A DNA stretch of 64,000 nucleotides from contig NC_043014.1 of assembly GCF_006345805.1 (NCBI RefSeq), positions 51,026,001 to 51,090,000 of the forward strand, in the 5' to 3' direction. Positions within the stretch are counted from its first letter, which is position 1; every line of letters begins with the position of its first letter. The notes beneath the pieces were generated by a model. The model was given only the letters and a program-made list of their open reading frames with translations. It was not told where the DNA came from and ran no database searches. The stretch is from Octopus sinensis (taxonomy: Eukaryota). Position numbers and translations under genes: made by a program. Positions 1-12,723 of this stretch are shown here, piece after piece.

Positions 1-116
1 ATTCTGTCGGTCTCTTTTGCCGAACCGCTAAGTTACGAGGACGTAAACACACCAGCATTGGTTGTCAAGCGATGTTGGTGGGACAAACACAGACACACAA
101 ACATATACATACACAT

Positions 117-165
<49 letters not shown>

Positions 166-323
166 TACGACGGGCTTGTTTCAGTTTCCGCCTGCCAAAT
201 CCACTCACAAGGCTTTGGTCGGTCCGAGGCTATAGTAGAAGACACTTGCCCAAGGTTCCACGCTGTGGGACTGAACCCGGAACCCTGTGGTTTGTAAGCA
301 AGCTACTTACCACACAGTCACTC
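1..323 (-). mobile_element. tRNA-derived SINE family A, truncated by window start, internal (CA)/(TA) microsatellite
   Basis: Reverse complement begins GAGTGACTGTGTGGTAAG...GGGTTCAGTCCC (A/B-box-like) then CCTTGGGCAAGTGTCTT (CORE-like). Near-identical to copies at 5752, 41860, 53810 and 58750. Confidence 0.9.
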
Positions 324-1002
324 TAAAATTCATCAACTTTTGTGACTGTATTGACATAGTATGAGACTCGAAATTATTCCTATAACGTCCCCAATCACCG
401 TTCAGACTTCTGTCACCCTATTTCCCTCCCAACCCATTTCCTGACGTCGCTCAATCACTCTACTCATTCCATATTTTAACGGAGTTTATTTTCTAATATA
501 TTCTCTGATAGAAGGACATCATCGTTTCGATTGTATGAATAAATCATTCTCTTGTTTGACAATCAAAATTTAAATGTGATTTATAGTAAAGTGCAATGGA
601 TAAATGTGTTTTCAGAGGTCGCAGTCGACTACGCATCTTTTGCGCCACCGGGAGAAGTACACAAGCCAACAAGAATTATTCAATGTTCGTTGTCATAAGA
701 GAGCGAAAATCACCGGTTATCTTGTACATACAAATGTATCTTTACTTTCTAAATATAAATGTGATTTATTACTATTGGACGTCAGTGTTGGGGGGGGGGG
801 TTAGAGGCGGGAAACATTGTCAATGAGTCATATTACATTCTTTTCAAAAATTAAATTTCTCTGAATAGAACAGGAGGAACTGATGTAATTAGAAACATAT
901 TTATAGATGGATTTCCTAGTCTCATCCACTCGGTTTTGGCAGTTCGCTTTTTTCTTTTTCATTTGATAAACAAATAAAATCAATGAAATGGTAGAAACGT
1001 TG

Positions 1003-1375
1003 GGGCGGCGAGCTGGCAGAAACGTTAGCACGCCGGGCGAAATGATTTGCAGTATTTCTTCTGCTGTTACGTTCTGAGTTCAAATTCCGCCGAGGTCGAC
1101 TTTGCCTTTCATCCTTTCGGCGTCGATTCAATAAGCACCAGTTATGTACTGGGGTCGATGTAATCGACTTAATCCCTTTGGATGCCATTGTTTAGCCCCT
1201 TGTGGGCAGTAAAGAAATAAGAAACGTTAGCGCGCCGGGCAAAATACTTAGCGAAATTTTGTTTTAACGTGCTGTGTTCAAATGCCGGCAAAATCGATTT
1301 TTATGGGTACTGAGTGTCGATGTTGCCGACTTCCCCTTTCCTCGAAGTTGCTGGCCTTATGCACAAAATTTGAAA
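1003..1375 (+). mobile_element. tRNA-derived SINE family B, followed directly by a second diverged partial copy
   Basis: GGCGGCGAGCTGGCAGAAACGTTAGCAC...GAGTTCAAATTCC head, central GTCGACTTTGCCTTTCATCCTTTCG, tail GTAAAGAAATA, then the head restarts at ~1220. Confidence 0.88.
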
Positions 1376-2002
1376 TAAATTATTAGGATAATACAAACAC
1401 CAACATCTTAAATGTATTTCATCATATAATTTGTTACTTCAAACGATCGTACACAAATGAAGCTTTATATTATAGAGTCGATTAAAATATATTCAATGCG
1501 TTGGTTTTTGAACCTGTGGTATTGAACCTGGAATCATGTGGTTGGTAAGCAAGCTATCTACCACTCAGCCAGTCCTGCGCCTAAGTGAGTTGTTAAAGTT
1601 ATGAGCAATAAATTGGTCATACTCCTACAATTCACAAACTATTTTAACATTTTATGCAATTCTTCAGAATGTTTGATAATAAAGAAATAATTGGATTTTT
1701 CGTAACATGAACGATGTCAGCAGAATAAAATAGGAGTGAAAAGGGGCCATAGGCAAAGAAAAAAAAAACAAAAGAAAGAAACCAGAGCTTTAAACGATTA
1801 AGTGCAATACCTATGTTTCTAATAAAAATGATAATACTTAAGGCATCGTAACAGTTACTGCAGAGTAACCACATGTGAGACGAAAGCAGACAAGCAACTT
1901 CAAATTGAATCTTAACAAATTGTTTGGCATCCTTTCTGTCTCGGGAGCCAATGGAGTTGCGCATTTTTTTTTTTTTTCTAGGTCTAGTCCGGCTGTTATA
2001 TT

Positions 2003-2215
2003 TTATTTCCTGTTACATTTCTTGCTGTGGCTGTGTAGTCCTATCCTGGACAAACACTCCCTCTGGCAGGTACTGCAAATGTAGCGAAGACTGTTCCTGG
2101 CTGATTGTAGTGCCATGGTCTCTTGTTTATGTCTCTTCCTTTCTTTCCATTTCTCCTCTCTCTTTCTGTCACTCCTCTGTATACCCTCTTTTACTGTACG
2201 TCGCCATTCTCCACA
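2003..2215 (-). mobile_element. 3' fragment of RTE-clade LINE ORF (C-terminal C2H2-like finger)
   Basis: Translation WRRTVKEG...YICSTCQRECLSRIGLHSHSKKC matches the typical RTE C-terminus (C-x2-C...SRIGLxSH). Confidence 0.85.
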
Positions 2216-2899
2216 AATACAAAAGAAACAAATTGTATAATTGAATTGTAAATACATACAAAACTTGCCATACTCATGACTGCAACGCATTTGATCATAG
2301 GAGTTCCCGATGTGTTGTAACCTAGGGCGAAAAACTAATAACACCATCCAAATATGTGAAATCGATGGTTACTTACGTCGACCACATGCCAGCGGAACAA
2401 TAGGAAACCAACTTTGAACCTCTTCAGGTAAAATTCAATATTTGTCGACTCCATGAAATTTGTCCTTCAAATTCCCGTTTTCGCTTATATTTCTTTTCAC
2501 GTAAAAGGACTTCACTTGTAGTGTTAGAAGTCTCTTCCTCTCTAGTCACATGGCCCTACTCCAGATTATGGATAATAAATTTTTCTGATAACGATTTGTT
2601 TTTCAACAACATTTGAGAATAGTCAATAAAGTATTATAATCATATCGAATAACATGTTACACTTTTGTACCAAAAAACTAAAAAAAAAAAAAAAAAAACA
2701 AACCTTCGAAAAACCAATATTTAAAAGGAAAATTTAAAAACAAAGAAATACCAGGGCGTCAGATATTCAGAATTAGATGAAAATCATGTTTCTTTATTTT
2801 TTTATTCTTAGAGATTCTGTTTCCATGTGAATGTAATATTAGCCGGAATTATAGTTCTAAAATGTTAGTATGATTTAATAATAATACCAAGAGTATGAC

Positions 2900-2913
2900 T
2901 GTTGTTGTTGTTG

Positions 2914-3000
<87 letters not shown>

Positions 3001-3024
3001 TAGTATTATTATATTATTATTATA

Positions 3025-3055
<31 letters not shown>

Positions 3056-3359
3056 TATTATTGTTGTTGTTGTTGTTCTTCTTCTTATTATTGTTGTTGT
3101 TGTTCTTGTTGTTGTTATTCTTCTTCTCATTATTGTTGTTGCTGCTGCTGTTGTTGTTATTGTTGTTGTTGTTGGTGTTGTTGTTGTTGTTCTTCTTCTT
3201 CTTCTTATTATTATTATCGTCGTTTTCATCATAGTCAACTTCATCATCAATATTAATGTTAACACTATGAATAATAGTGACGATGATGATGATGATGATG
3301 ATGATGATAATAATATCAATAATAATAATAATATTTATAATAATAATAATAAAAACAAC

Positions 3360-3397
<38 letters not shown>

Positions 3398-3430
3398 TAA
3401 TAATGATTATGATGATTATTACAATGATAA

Positions 3431-3463
<33 letters not shown>

Positions 3464-3492
3464 AATAGTAGTAGTAGTAGTAGTAGTAGTAA

Positions 3493-3535
<43 letters not shown>

Positions 3536-3537
3536 CA
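2900..3537. repeat. Compound trinucleotide microsatellite (GTT/ATT/GAT/AAT/AGT)
   Basis: Direct reading; source of the poly-I/V/N/D ORFs. Confidence 0.97.
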
Positions 3538-4020
3538 GTAATATAAGTTGTAATAGATGTGAGTTGTAATATATGAGATTAACTGGCAGATCTATTGCTA
3601 ATTATATTAAATATCAGCGAGGAAAAAATTGGTATTCGAAAAATCTATCTTTCGCCACGTATTATTAAATCAACGTATAACGAAAAAAAAAAAAAATTGT
3701 GATATGTGACTGAAATATTGTACAAGAAATGTTTATCGATACTTTCATTCGCAAAAATGTATCTTATAATTGTTTTACATCCACGTATATGATTTAGACG
3801 ACAGTGGAAAAAAGTCGACATTAATTACAATCATCAGAATTCATCTATATCCAAACCTCCCCCACCTGAGAGCAACAACGACAAGAACAAAGCAGCAACA
3901 AATTACAGGAATGGCAAAAGAAAAAAAGTGAAGTGTCCTTAATTTTGTACGAGTCCTCCTTTGATGATGGGCCAGCAAGTGCTTCAGATTTGGCTATATA
4001 GATGTTCCAGCAGATATATT

Positions 4021-4988
4021 TATTTCTTTATTGCCCACAGGAGGCTAAGCACAGAGGGGGCAAACAAGAACAGACAAACGGATTAAGTCGATTATATCGA
4101 CCCCAGTGCGTAACTGGTACTTATTTAAACGACCCCGAAAAGCTGAAAGGCAAAGACGACATCGGTGGAATTTGAACTCAGAATGTAAAGACAAACGAAA
4201 AACCTATTTCTTTACTACCCACAAGGGGCCAAACACAGAGGGGGACAAACAAAGACTGACAAACGGATTAAGTCGATTACATGGCCCCCAGTGCCTAACT
4301 GGTACTTATTTAATCGACCCCTTAAGGATGAAAGGCAAAGTCGACCTCGGCGGAATTTAAACTCAGAACGTAGCGGCAGACGAAATACCTATTTCTTTAC
4401 TACCCACAAGGGGCTAAACACAGAGAGGACAAACAAGGACAGACAAACGGATTAAGTCGATTATATTGACCCCAGTGCCTAACTGGTACTTATTTAATCG
4501 ACCCCGAAAGGATGAAAGGCAAAGTCGACCTTGGTGGAATTTGAACTCAGAATGTAAAGACAGACGAAAAACCTATTTCTTTACTACCAAGAAGGGGGCC
4601 AAACACAGAGGACAAACAAGGACAGACAAACAGGTTAAGTCGATTATATTGACCCCAGTGCCTAACTGGTACTTATTTAATAGACCCCCGAAAGGCTGAA
4701 AGGCAAAGTCGACATCGGTAGAATTTGAACTCAGAATGTAAAGACAGACAAAAAACCTATTTCTTTACTACCAACAAGGGGCCAAACACAGAGAGGACAA
4801 ACAAGGACAGACAAACGGATTAAGTCGGTTATATCGACCCCAATGCCTAACTGGTACTTATTTAATCGACCCCGAAATGTTGAAAGGTAAAGTCGACCTC
4901 GGCGGAATTTGAACTGAGAACGTAACCGCAGACAAAATATCGCTAAGCATTCCGGCCGGCTTGCTAACGATTCTGCCAGTTCACCGCA
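4021..4988 (-). mobile_element. SINE family B: one head plus five tandem ~184 bp body units
   Basis: Units start at 4021, 4205, 4390, 4574 and 4758. Whole array flanked by GCAGATATATT at 4010-4020 and 4986-4996 (putative TSD). Confidence 0.92.
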
Positions 4989-5006
4989 GATATATTCACA
5001 CTGTTA

Positions 5007-5170
5007 CAGGCGTGGCTGTGTGGTAAGAAACTTGCTTTCCTACCACATAATTCCAGCTACAGTCCCACTGCGTGACACCCTCGGCGAGTGACTTCGACTT
5101 TAGCTTCGGGTTGAACAAAACCTTGAGAGTGGATTTGGCAGACGGAAACTGAAAGACATCCGTCGGATAT
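5007..5170 (+). mobile_element. SINE family A, 5' part, diverged
   Basis: GGCGTGGCTGTGTGGTAAGAAACTTGC...GGATTTGGCAGACGGAAACTGAAAGA. Confidence 0.8.
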
Positions 5171-5213
5171 ATACACTCTTCTCTTTGTTTCAGTCATATG
5201 ACTGTGGTCATTC

Positions 5214-5267
<54 letters not shown>

Positions 5268-5751
5268 ATAGTTTGTGTCCTAGAATAGACAACTTGTCAA
5301 TTGTTGCACATGGCTGTCACCCCTACGACATAAACCTGATGATTGTGTAACAAATAACGGTACTGGTTCTATCCCAATAAACATATAATTTTCTATTATT
5401 ATATTATTCTAAAGTTGTAAAAAATTACAAATAATAAAGCGTGAAAATCATGCTAATTGTATCTGTGCTTGCTTCCCAACAACGTCTGACAACCCGTGGT
5501 GCTGTGTTAAGTTCCCTTTTCTTTTACTTTTTTCGTTTGTCCAACGTTTCCCTCTCAGTTCTGTTATAACAACAATTTTACATCACTATGATGGGTTACT
5601 CTATACTTTTGTGAAGAACAAATTTATGGTTCACAAAGGGAAATATTACTGACAGTGATCTCGAAGTTTCTCCCAGTTAAGCTCTTTCTTTCTCTCTGCC
5701 TGTCTAGCTATCTGTCTGTCTGTCTGTCTATCGCTCTCTATATATATATTC

Positions 5752-6153
5752 TCTTTTACTCTTTTACTTGTTTCAGTCAGTTGACTGTGGCCATGCTGGA
5801 GCACCGCCTTTAGTCGAGCAACTCGACCCCAGGACTTATTCTTTGTAAGCCCAGTACTTATTCTATCGGTCTCGTTTGCCGAACCGCTAAGTGACGGGGA
5901 CATAAACACACCAGCATCAGTTGTCAAGCAATGCTAGAGGGACAAACACAGACACACAAACACACACGCACACTTATATATATATACATATATACGACGG
6001 CTTCTTTCAGTTTCCGTCTACCAAATCCACTCACAAGGCTTTGGTCGGCCCGGGGCTATAGCAGAAGACACTTGCCCAAGATACCACGCAGTGGGACTGA
6101 ACCCGGAACCATGTGGTTGGTTAGCAAGCTACTTACCACACAGCCACTCCCGC
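5752..6153 (-). mobile_element. SINE family A, full length
   Basis: Head at 6153, internal CA/TA tract, tail ...GACTGAAACAAGTAAAAGAGTAAAAGA. Confidence 0.92.
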
Positions 6154-6164
6154 GTTCAGATTTA

Positions 6165-6345
6165 TAGAAAAATAAAAGATGAAGACAGGTGTATGAACAA
6201 CAAGCAGCAATTGTATTAGTTTGACGCTCGGGAAAGTGAAAAAGTATTTTACGTTTCAAGCCTTAGCTCCTGAACAGAAAGGAATAAGAGAAAATAAACA
6301 GACAGAGATTAAACAAAATCTTGTAGATTTTAGATGTCTAGCATG
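6165..6345 (-). mobile_element. Short repeat with degenerate minimal hammerhead-like core (Penelope-associated type)
   Basis: Minus 6280-6247: TTT-CTGTTCA-G-GAGC-TAAG-GCTT-GAAACGTA-AAA; homologous to 47755-47940. Confidence 0.55.
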
Positions 6346-7897
6346 GCGAATGATTAGAAAAAAAAGAAGTGGAAAGAAATTTAGATAATAATCTCAAAAA
6401 CAGTTGAGTGAAAGGGAGATACTAATAATAATAACAATAACAACAACAACAACAACAACAACAGCAATAATGATATTAATATATACATATATGTGCGTGT
6501 GAGTATGTGTGTGCGTGTGTGTGTGTGCGTGTGTGTATATATGTATATAGGTACGTGTGTCTGTGTGCGCGTGCTTGTATGCATATACACATGTGTACAT
6601 GCATGTATGTGTGTGTGCATACCAATATATTTTAATATATGAGTTGTATCATATATGATATTATATTCTACGTAGAGCGTCCATAAATATATATATACAT
6701 ATATACAGAAGCACATACATATACACAGTCACAGGCTCGCTCATGTATTTATATATGACAACTGTAATTGAATTATCCATTGAATCTGACAGTCGCTATA
6801 TTTCTTACCACATTAATGTACTGCTACTTAATTTCAAGCAATCCGATATGATTTCGTTTGTTATCACATCAGATCAAGCCGCATCACCAGTAATACACCG
6901 TGTCCTGAAGGGGAAACGTCAGTCACAATTTAAATATACAGATTCTGTAAAATCTTGCTTGAAGATAGATCAAACACTGGATTTAAGTCACTAATCCAAA
7001 GCTAGAACTTCAAGGTAAATTAAATTCAGATTTGGCGGATAATGATATAAATGATTAACATACGTTTACCTCAATCATATCCGACTGATATGCCTGACTT
7101 TGTTTTGATATTTCGAGAAGTCATAGTATTCTAATTATCTGTTATGTGCATTGGGCTTTTACGTCATTTTTGTTGTCACTCAACTTCTAGCTTTTTAACT
7201 TTGTTCATCTCACACACATCTAACATCAATCTAGATATGAGTGCGTGTGAGCATGTATGTGTTTATGAATCTGTATCAGTCTGTGTGTGTGTGTGTGTGC
7301 ATTTCTGGGATCTTCCTATCGTTGCCCATGTCAAACAGGGTTCATTCTGTCCGTCTTTCTACCATACCCAGAGAAGTGCCCTATTTGCGTTTAAGACAAG
7401 CTTGATACGATATGCCAGATATCGTATCAAACTCCAAATATACTCCAACGAAGATATATCATTAAATTGTATCTCATATCAGAAATGGGGTTGCTACTGT
7501 GCTCAGATAAACTAAAGCGCATTCCTCCGCTGCAGAGACACTCGACAGAACTTTCGAGGTTTCAGTCATATGTCACCCTCCAGCCAATAGGTACGTCTTC
7601 TCTCCCCTTTCTCTCTCCCTCTCTCTCCCTCTCTCCCTCTCTCAATATACTTCTGTCGGTATTATTGTTTTACTTTTCTCTTACATGTCTCAGAAATTAG
7701 ATTGTGGTCATGTTGGGGAACCATCTTAAAGAATTTTAATTTATAAGCCTGATACTTATACTATCGGTCTATTTTGTCGAACCGCTAGGTTACAGGCACA
7801 GAAATACACCAACACCGGTTGTAAAACGGTGGTGCAGTTCAAACACAGACACACAAATACACACAGAGACATATATATGTGACAGCGTGTGTGTCAT

Positions 7898-8072
7898 TGG
7901 CGATTTTCTTTGTCCGTCTTCCCTTCCTTGGACGTTTCCTTTTTCTATCTTTCCGACGAAGAGCTCTGCTCGAGACGTTAAATCCTCCTTCTTTCTTTCC
8001 TTTCCTGAGCGTCCATTAACACTATACTTGTTCCACGCCCTCACATTGTTGTGTTTTAATATTTGGATTAAC
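7898..8072 (+). mobile_element. Short repeat with variant minimal hammerhead-like core
   Basis: 7950-7982: TTT-CCGACGA-A-GAGC-TCT-GCTC-GAGACGTT-AAA; homologous along its length to 50568-50740 (-); ends in (TA)n. Confidence 0.6.
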
Positions 8073-8087
8073 TATATATATATATAT

Positions 8088-8288
8088 AGGACAAACAAGG
8101 ACAGACAAACAGATTAAGGCGACAACATCGACCAACCCCCAGTGCGTAACTGGTACTTAATTTATCGACCCCGAAAGGATGAAAGGCAAAGTCGATCTCG
8201 GCGGAATTTGAAATCGGAACGTAGCGGCAGACGAAATATGGCTACGTATTTCGCCCGGCGTGCTAACGATTCTGACAGCTCGCCGCCT

Positions 8289-8289
<1 letters not shown>
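8088..8289 (-). mobile_element. SINE family B
   Basis: Reverse complement of the family B consensus ending in CAGCTCGCCGCC. Confidence 0.9.
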
Positions 8290-8360
<71 letters not shown>

Positions 8361-8361
8361 T

Positions 8362-8409
<48 letters not shown>

Positions 8410-8496
8410 ATATAGATATATATATATATATATATACACACACATATGACGGGCTTACGAATTCCACTCCCAACGTAACCACTCGCACTCACGCAC

Positions 8497-8554
<58 letters not shown>

Positions 8555-9062
8555 AACATACACACATACACATATACACATAATGGTTTCGGTTTGGTGA
8601 AATGAAAATACGTATAATGATTAGCATCAGTGATGTATTGCAATTTTGATACTTAAAAAGACTTTTTTTTGTGCCAGCTGTGACGTTTGCCCAACGCCAC
8701 TAATTAATAGGCTGTTAGCAATAACTTTAAACGGTTACCAGTGCTAAATGTCATTCGATGCTTCTGACTATCATTTAGCCCTGTATATGAAGAATGATTC
8801 TCCGCGCAGTGTCAGCAAGAGATACGGTTATAGTGAAGAGAAGTTCATTTGCGTATAATGATACGGCTAAATTGGGTCAGTATCAATTTCCAGAATAATT
8901 GGAATGCGTAGAACCGCTTAGATATTCATTTCTTTATTGATGCTGCTTAACGTCAATCATTTACACCTGCTCAGAGTTATAGGAAATTGAAGACTGTTAA
9001 CATCGTACCATTAGACATGCGAGTTTGAAATCGATGTATGGCAAACACAGCCATGAATGCTT

Positions 9063-9478
<416 letters not shown>

Positions 9479-10778
9479 AAATATCTTTAATGCTGGGGCA
9501 TCGCCTTCCAGAATTGTAGTTGAACGAATCGACCTGAGTACTTGTATTTTATTTTCACTTTACTGAATCGCTAAGGTAAGGAGATGTCAACACACCACCA
9601 CCGGTTGTCAAGCGGTTGGGGGGAGAGACGAAAATGGTACACACACATATATTTGTGTGTGTTTGTGTCTGTGTTTGTCCCCTGCCATCTCTTGGAAACC
9701 GATGCTCGTGTGTTTGTGTCCCCGTAAAGAGACTGATAGAATAAGTACTAGGCTTTCAAAGAATAAGTCCTGAAGTCGGTTTCTTCGACGAATACCCTTT
9801 AAGGTGGAGTTCCAGCATGGCTGCACTCAAATGAGTGAAACAGGTAAAAAAAATACTACTGCATTTTCGTTGAGGGTTGTGTAGAACTGAGAAGCCTACA
9901 CTCAGAAAAAGAGCCTGGTGTTTTAGCAAATAATTTGGAGAGGAGCGTTGCACGATGCACCTTGACTAATAATTGTACGGCTGAGAAATCCAGTCAATAA
10001 ATTCGCACAGAATGAATAGCTATAATTTAAATTTTCCTTGAGATTTTTAGAATTTCTGAGAATGAAGATCCCAATCTTTCCTTACATGAAACGTTGTGCA
10101 CAGCAGATATAATGAGTATTTTAACAATAATACACATTATAAAGCATAAATGTATAAATAAAACTCGGTATAAATAAACTGCATCAAAATACAACGTTCT
10201 GTTTGTTTTCAAAATGGAAGGACCCATTGGCATAGAAAACAGTAAAACTATTAAACGAAGGAAAGAAGCAGGCATTGGGGAGAATACGGTGTTTGTATCT
10301 ACTTTCGTACGACTTAAGATTTTATAACTAAAGGACAAGGAGGGGACTCCATGTCTTAATTGGTCTGTATGCCTCAAAGTGGAGGATATGCCATAAGTAT
10401 ATAAGAGAAACAATATATGAATCTTTCGCAACAATTTGACCTTTACTACTTTATCAAAGTTGATCTCACCTCAAGTCTCAGAGTACAAATCCAGAAATGA
10501 CTTTAGAATATGGTTACTTTCCTGATTATGTAACTGCGTGTCTCAAAACAGTAGAAGGGAGGGGTATTAATCAGTGAAGAATATGTTGCTTTGACAACGT
10601 ATGCATCTTAACATGCCCTTTCAATACATACACGTTATATTGGAGAAAAGCTGCTCGCAAATGCTAATATTCTTGTTAGCTAAATTGAAATATATTTATA
10701 TCTGTAATTCCAAACTATTTTTGCCTAGAGACCCCTTTGATTGTTATTTTACTCTAGAGAGCCCCCCAATAAACATTC

Positions 10779-10814
<36 letters not shown>

Positions 10815-12066
10815 TAATATCTTGAGTATTGCAGAGGTATAAACAATTTATCGTACATAAATTTCAACAACAAAATATTTTATGGTCTCGCAAAGACGAA
10901 ATTGATCCTAACTGAGAACCACCGATTTATACCAACAGATTTCACGACCTTATTTATATTTGGACACTATACTGAAAAGTTCTTTTAATGGTTGTTGATG
11001 CAGCTGTGGCACAACGGAATAGAAACTGCAAGCAGGTGGCTCTAGAACACAACTTGATATTTTGAAAAAAATTAAAATAATACAAGAAAAAGAAGATACG
11101 TAATTTTAGATATAGCAAAATTAGATCTAGACATAACAAGAATTATATGTATAGACAATGAAGCGGGGATTTGTTCAAAATAACAACTTGCAAAAACAGC
11201 AAAAACATGAACAACAGCAGGAATAAGAACTCCAACTGAAGTAAGTTCAGTCATATTTGATAAGTTAAATAGATTTTTTTTCTTTAATTTAACCGCGTAT
11301 GTAAGAAACAATATTATACACTCTCTGCAACAGTATTCTTATTTCTGAAAAAGAAAAATTAATCGAAAATAAAGTTTTTTCTTTTTCTTTTCTTTCAGTT
11401 GATACATTATTGATATCCGTGTTGTCTGACATTTTAAATAAATTTGACGAAACAAATGCAATATCTGGTAATGCAAAAATAACTTAAATCGTATATGTCA
11501 TATATTGCGTATTCAGAATAGATATTATTTATTATTTTCGTGTCAGATATTTTCGCATCTGTTTTGATATCAAGCATATTTTATCTGAACAAATTTCCAA
11601 GAATATATTTATTGTTATCCGAAATAATATTCAATGCAATCCTTTAGCGAAGTGATTTTCATTTTTTCTTTCAAATGTGTCTCCTTTAATTACATTGCGT
11701 TTCTTTGAGCACGTAGCGTAATACCTCAGCCATAATTCCGTTTGACCTTTTCCAAATATCTAACTTATTTGCCGCTCAACATTCTATTTGTATATGTAGA
11801 AATTATTTGCACAATTATAGATATAGGGGAGTATGCATGTGTACACACATACACGCAAAACACACACACTTTCTCACACACGTATAGGTAGATACACACA
11901 CACACACATATATGTTATAAATTAGAAGAATGGTAAAACTTTGCCATAGTACTCGGAGTTTTACTGTTTGTTCTAATTTATAACGTAAAATAATCATCTA
12001 TTTCTCTAATATCGAGGTCTCATTCTTTTGTTGTTACATTTTGTTATTATTATTATTATTATTATT

Positions 12067-12639
12067 CAGTAGTTTAATTTTTATAGCGTGCTTTCATTTC
12101 ACTACCGAGCGCAGCTCTGTGTGCCTTGCGTATGTGCTGTGATTTGTTGTGATGCTCTGATGGTTATTGTATGGAAAGTGTTCTGCGGAGGATGTGTGCA
12201 GTGCCTAGTAGTGCAATTTTCTGTATGTTATATGTGTTTGTAAGTCCTGGTGTTTTTGTTATGTATTTGTCTGAATATTTTTTTATCAAGCCTAATGCAC
12301 CTATTATGATAGGAATTGTTTCTGTTTTCAGATTTCACATTCTGGTTACCTCTATTTCCAGGTCTTTGTATTTTGAGAGTTTCTCCATTTCTTTTAGAGA
12401 GACGTTGTCATCTGCCGGTATTGATACATCAATTAGAAAGCATTTTTTTTCTTCATGATCTCTGACAACTATATCTGGTCTGTTGGCCTTAATTTTTCTA
12501 TCTGTGTGTATCGGCATATCCCAGAGTATGGTTGCTTTCTCGTTTTCTGTGACCTTTTCTGGTGTGTGCCTATACCATCTTTTTTCTGTTGTTATTCCAT
12601 AATGTTGGCATAGCTTCCAATGTATGTAGGTTCCAACTC

Positions 12640-12640
<1 letters not shown>
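12067..12640 (-). mobile_element. 5'-truncated R4/Dong-type non-LTR retrotransposon (restriction-like endonuclease domain plus 3' UTR) in a (TAA)n tract
   Basis: Minus translation RVGTYIHWKLCQHY...ILWDMPIHTDRKIKANRPDIVV...LIDVSIP...EKLSKYKDLEIEVTRM*NLKTETIPIIIGALG...KIALLGTAHILRRTLSIQ*. PD-(D/E)xK RLE motifs, one premature stop, flanked by (ATT)n on both sides as known for Dong. Confidence 0.9.

Positions 12641-12723
<83 letters not shown>

Noticed and set aside
2895-3569. Long ORFs of poly-I/V/N/D/H or IY/YI/CV/HT repeats throughout the ORF track (for example also 8157-8627, 48721-49194, 51995-52522, 60475-61689)
   Set aside because: Translations of microsatellites, not genes.
5337-5370. 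Other isolated CTGANGA hits (5337, 13071 minus, 25954, 46948 minus, 51777 minus, 52558)
   Set aside because: No matching GAAAN...NUH with complementary stems; expected by chance.
10027-10434. 135 aa minus ORF and protein-like plus-strand stretches; similar impression at 6743-6994, 18600-19400, 31857-32124, 38510-38692, 48436-48675 and 63420-63749
   Set aside because: No recognisable domain, inconsistent frames or weak splice sites; cannot be supported without a database search.
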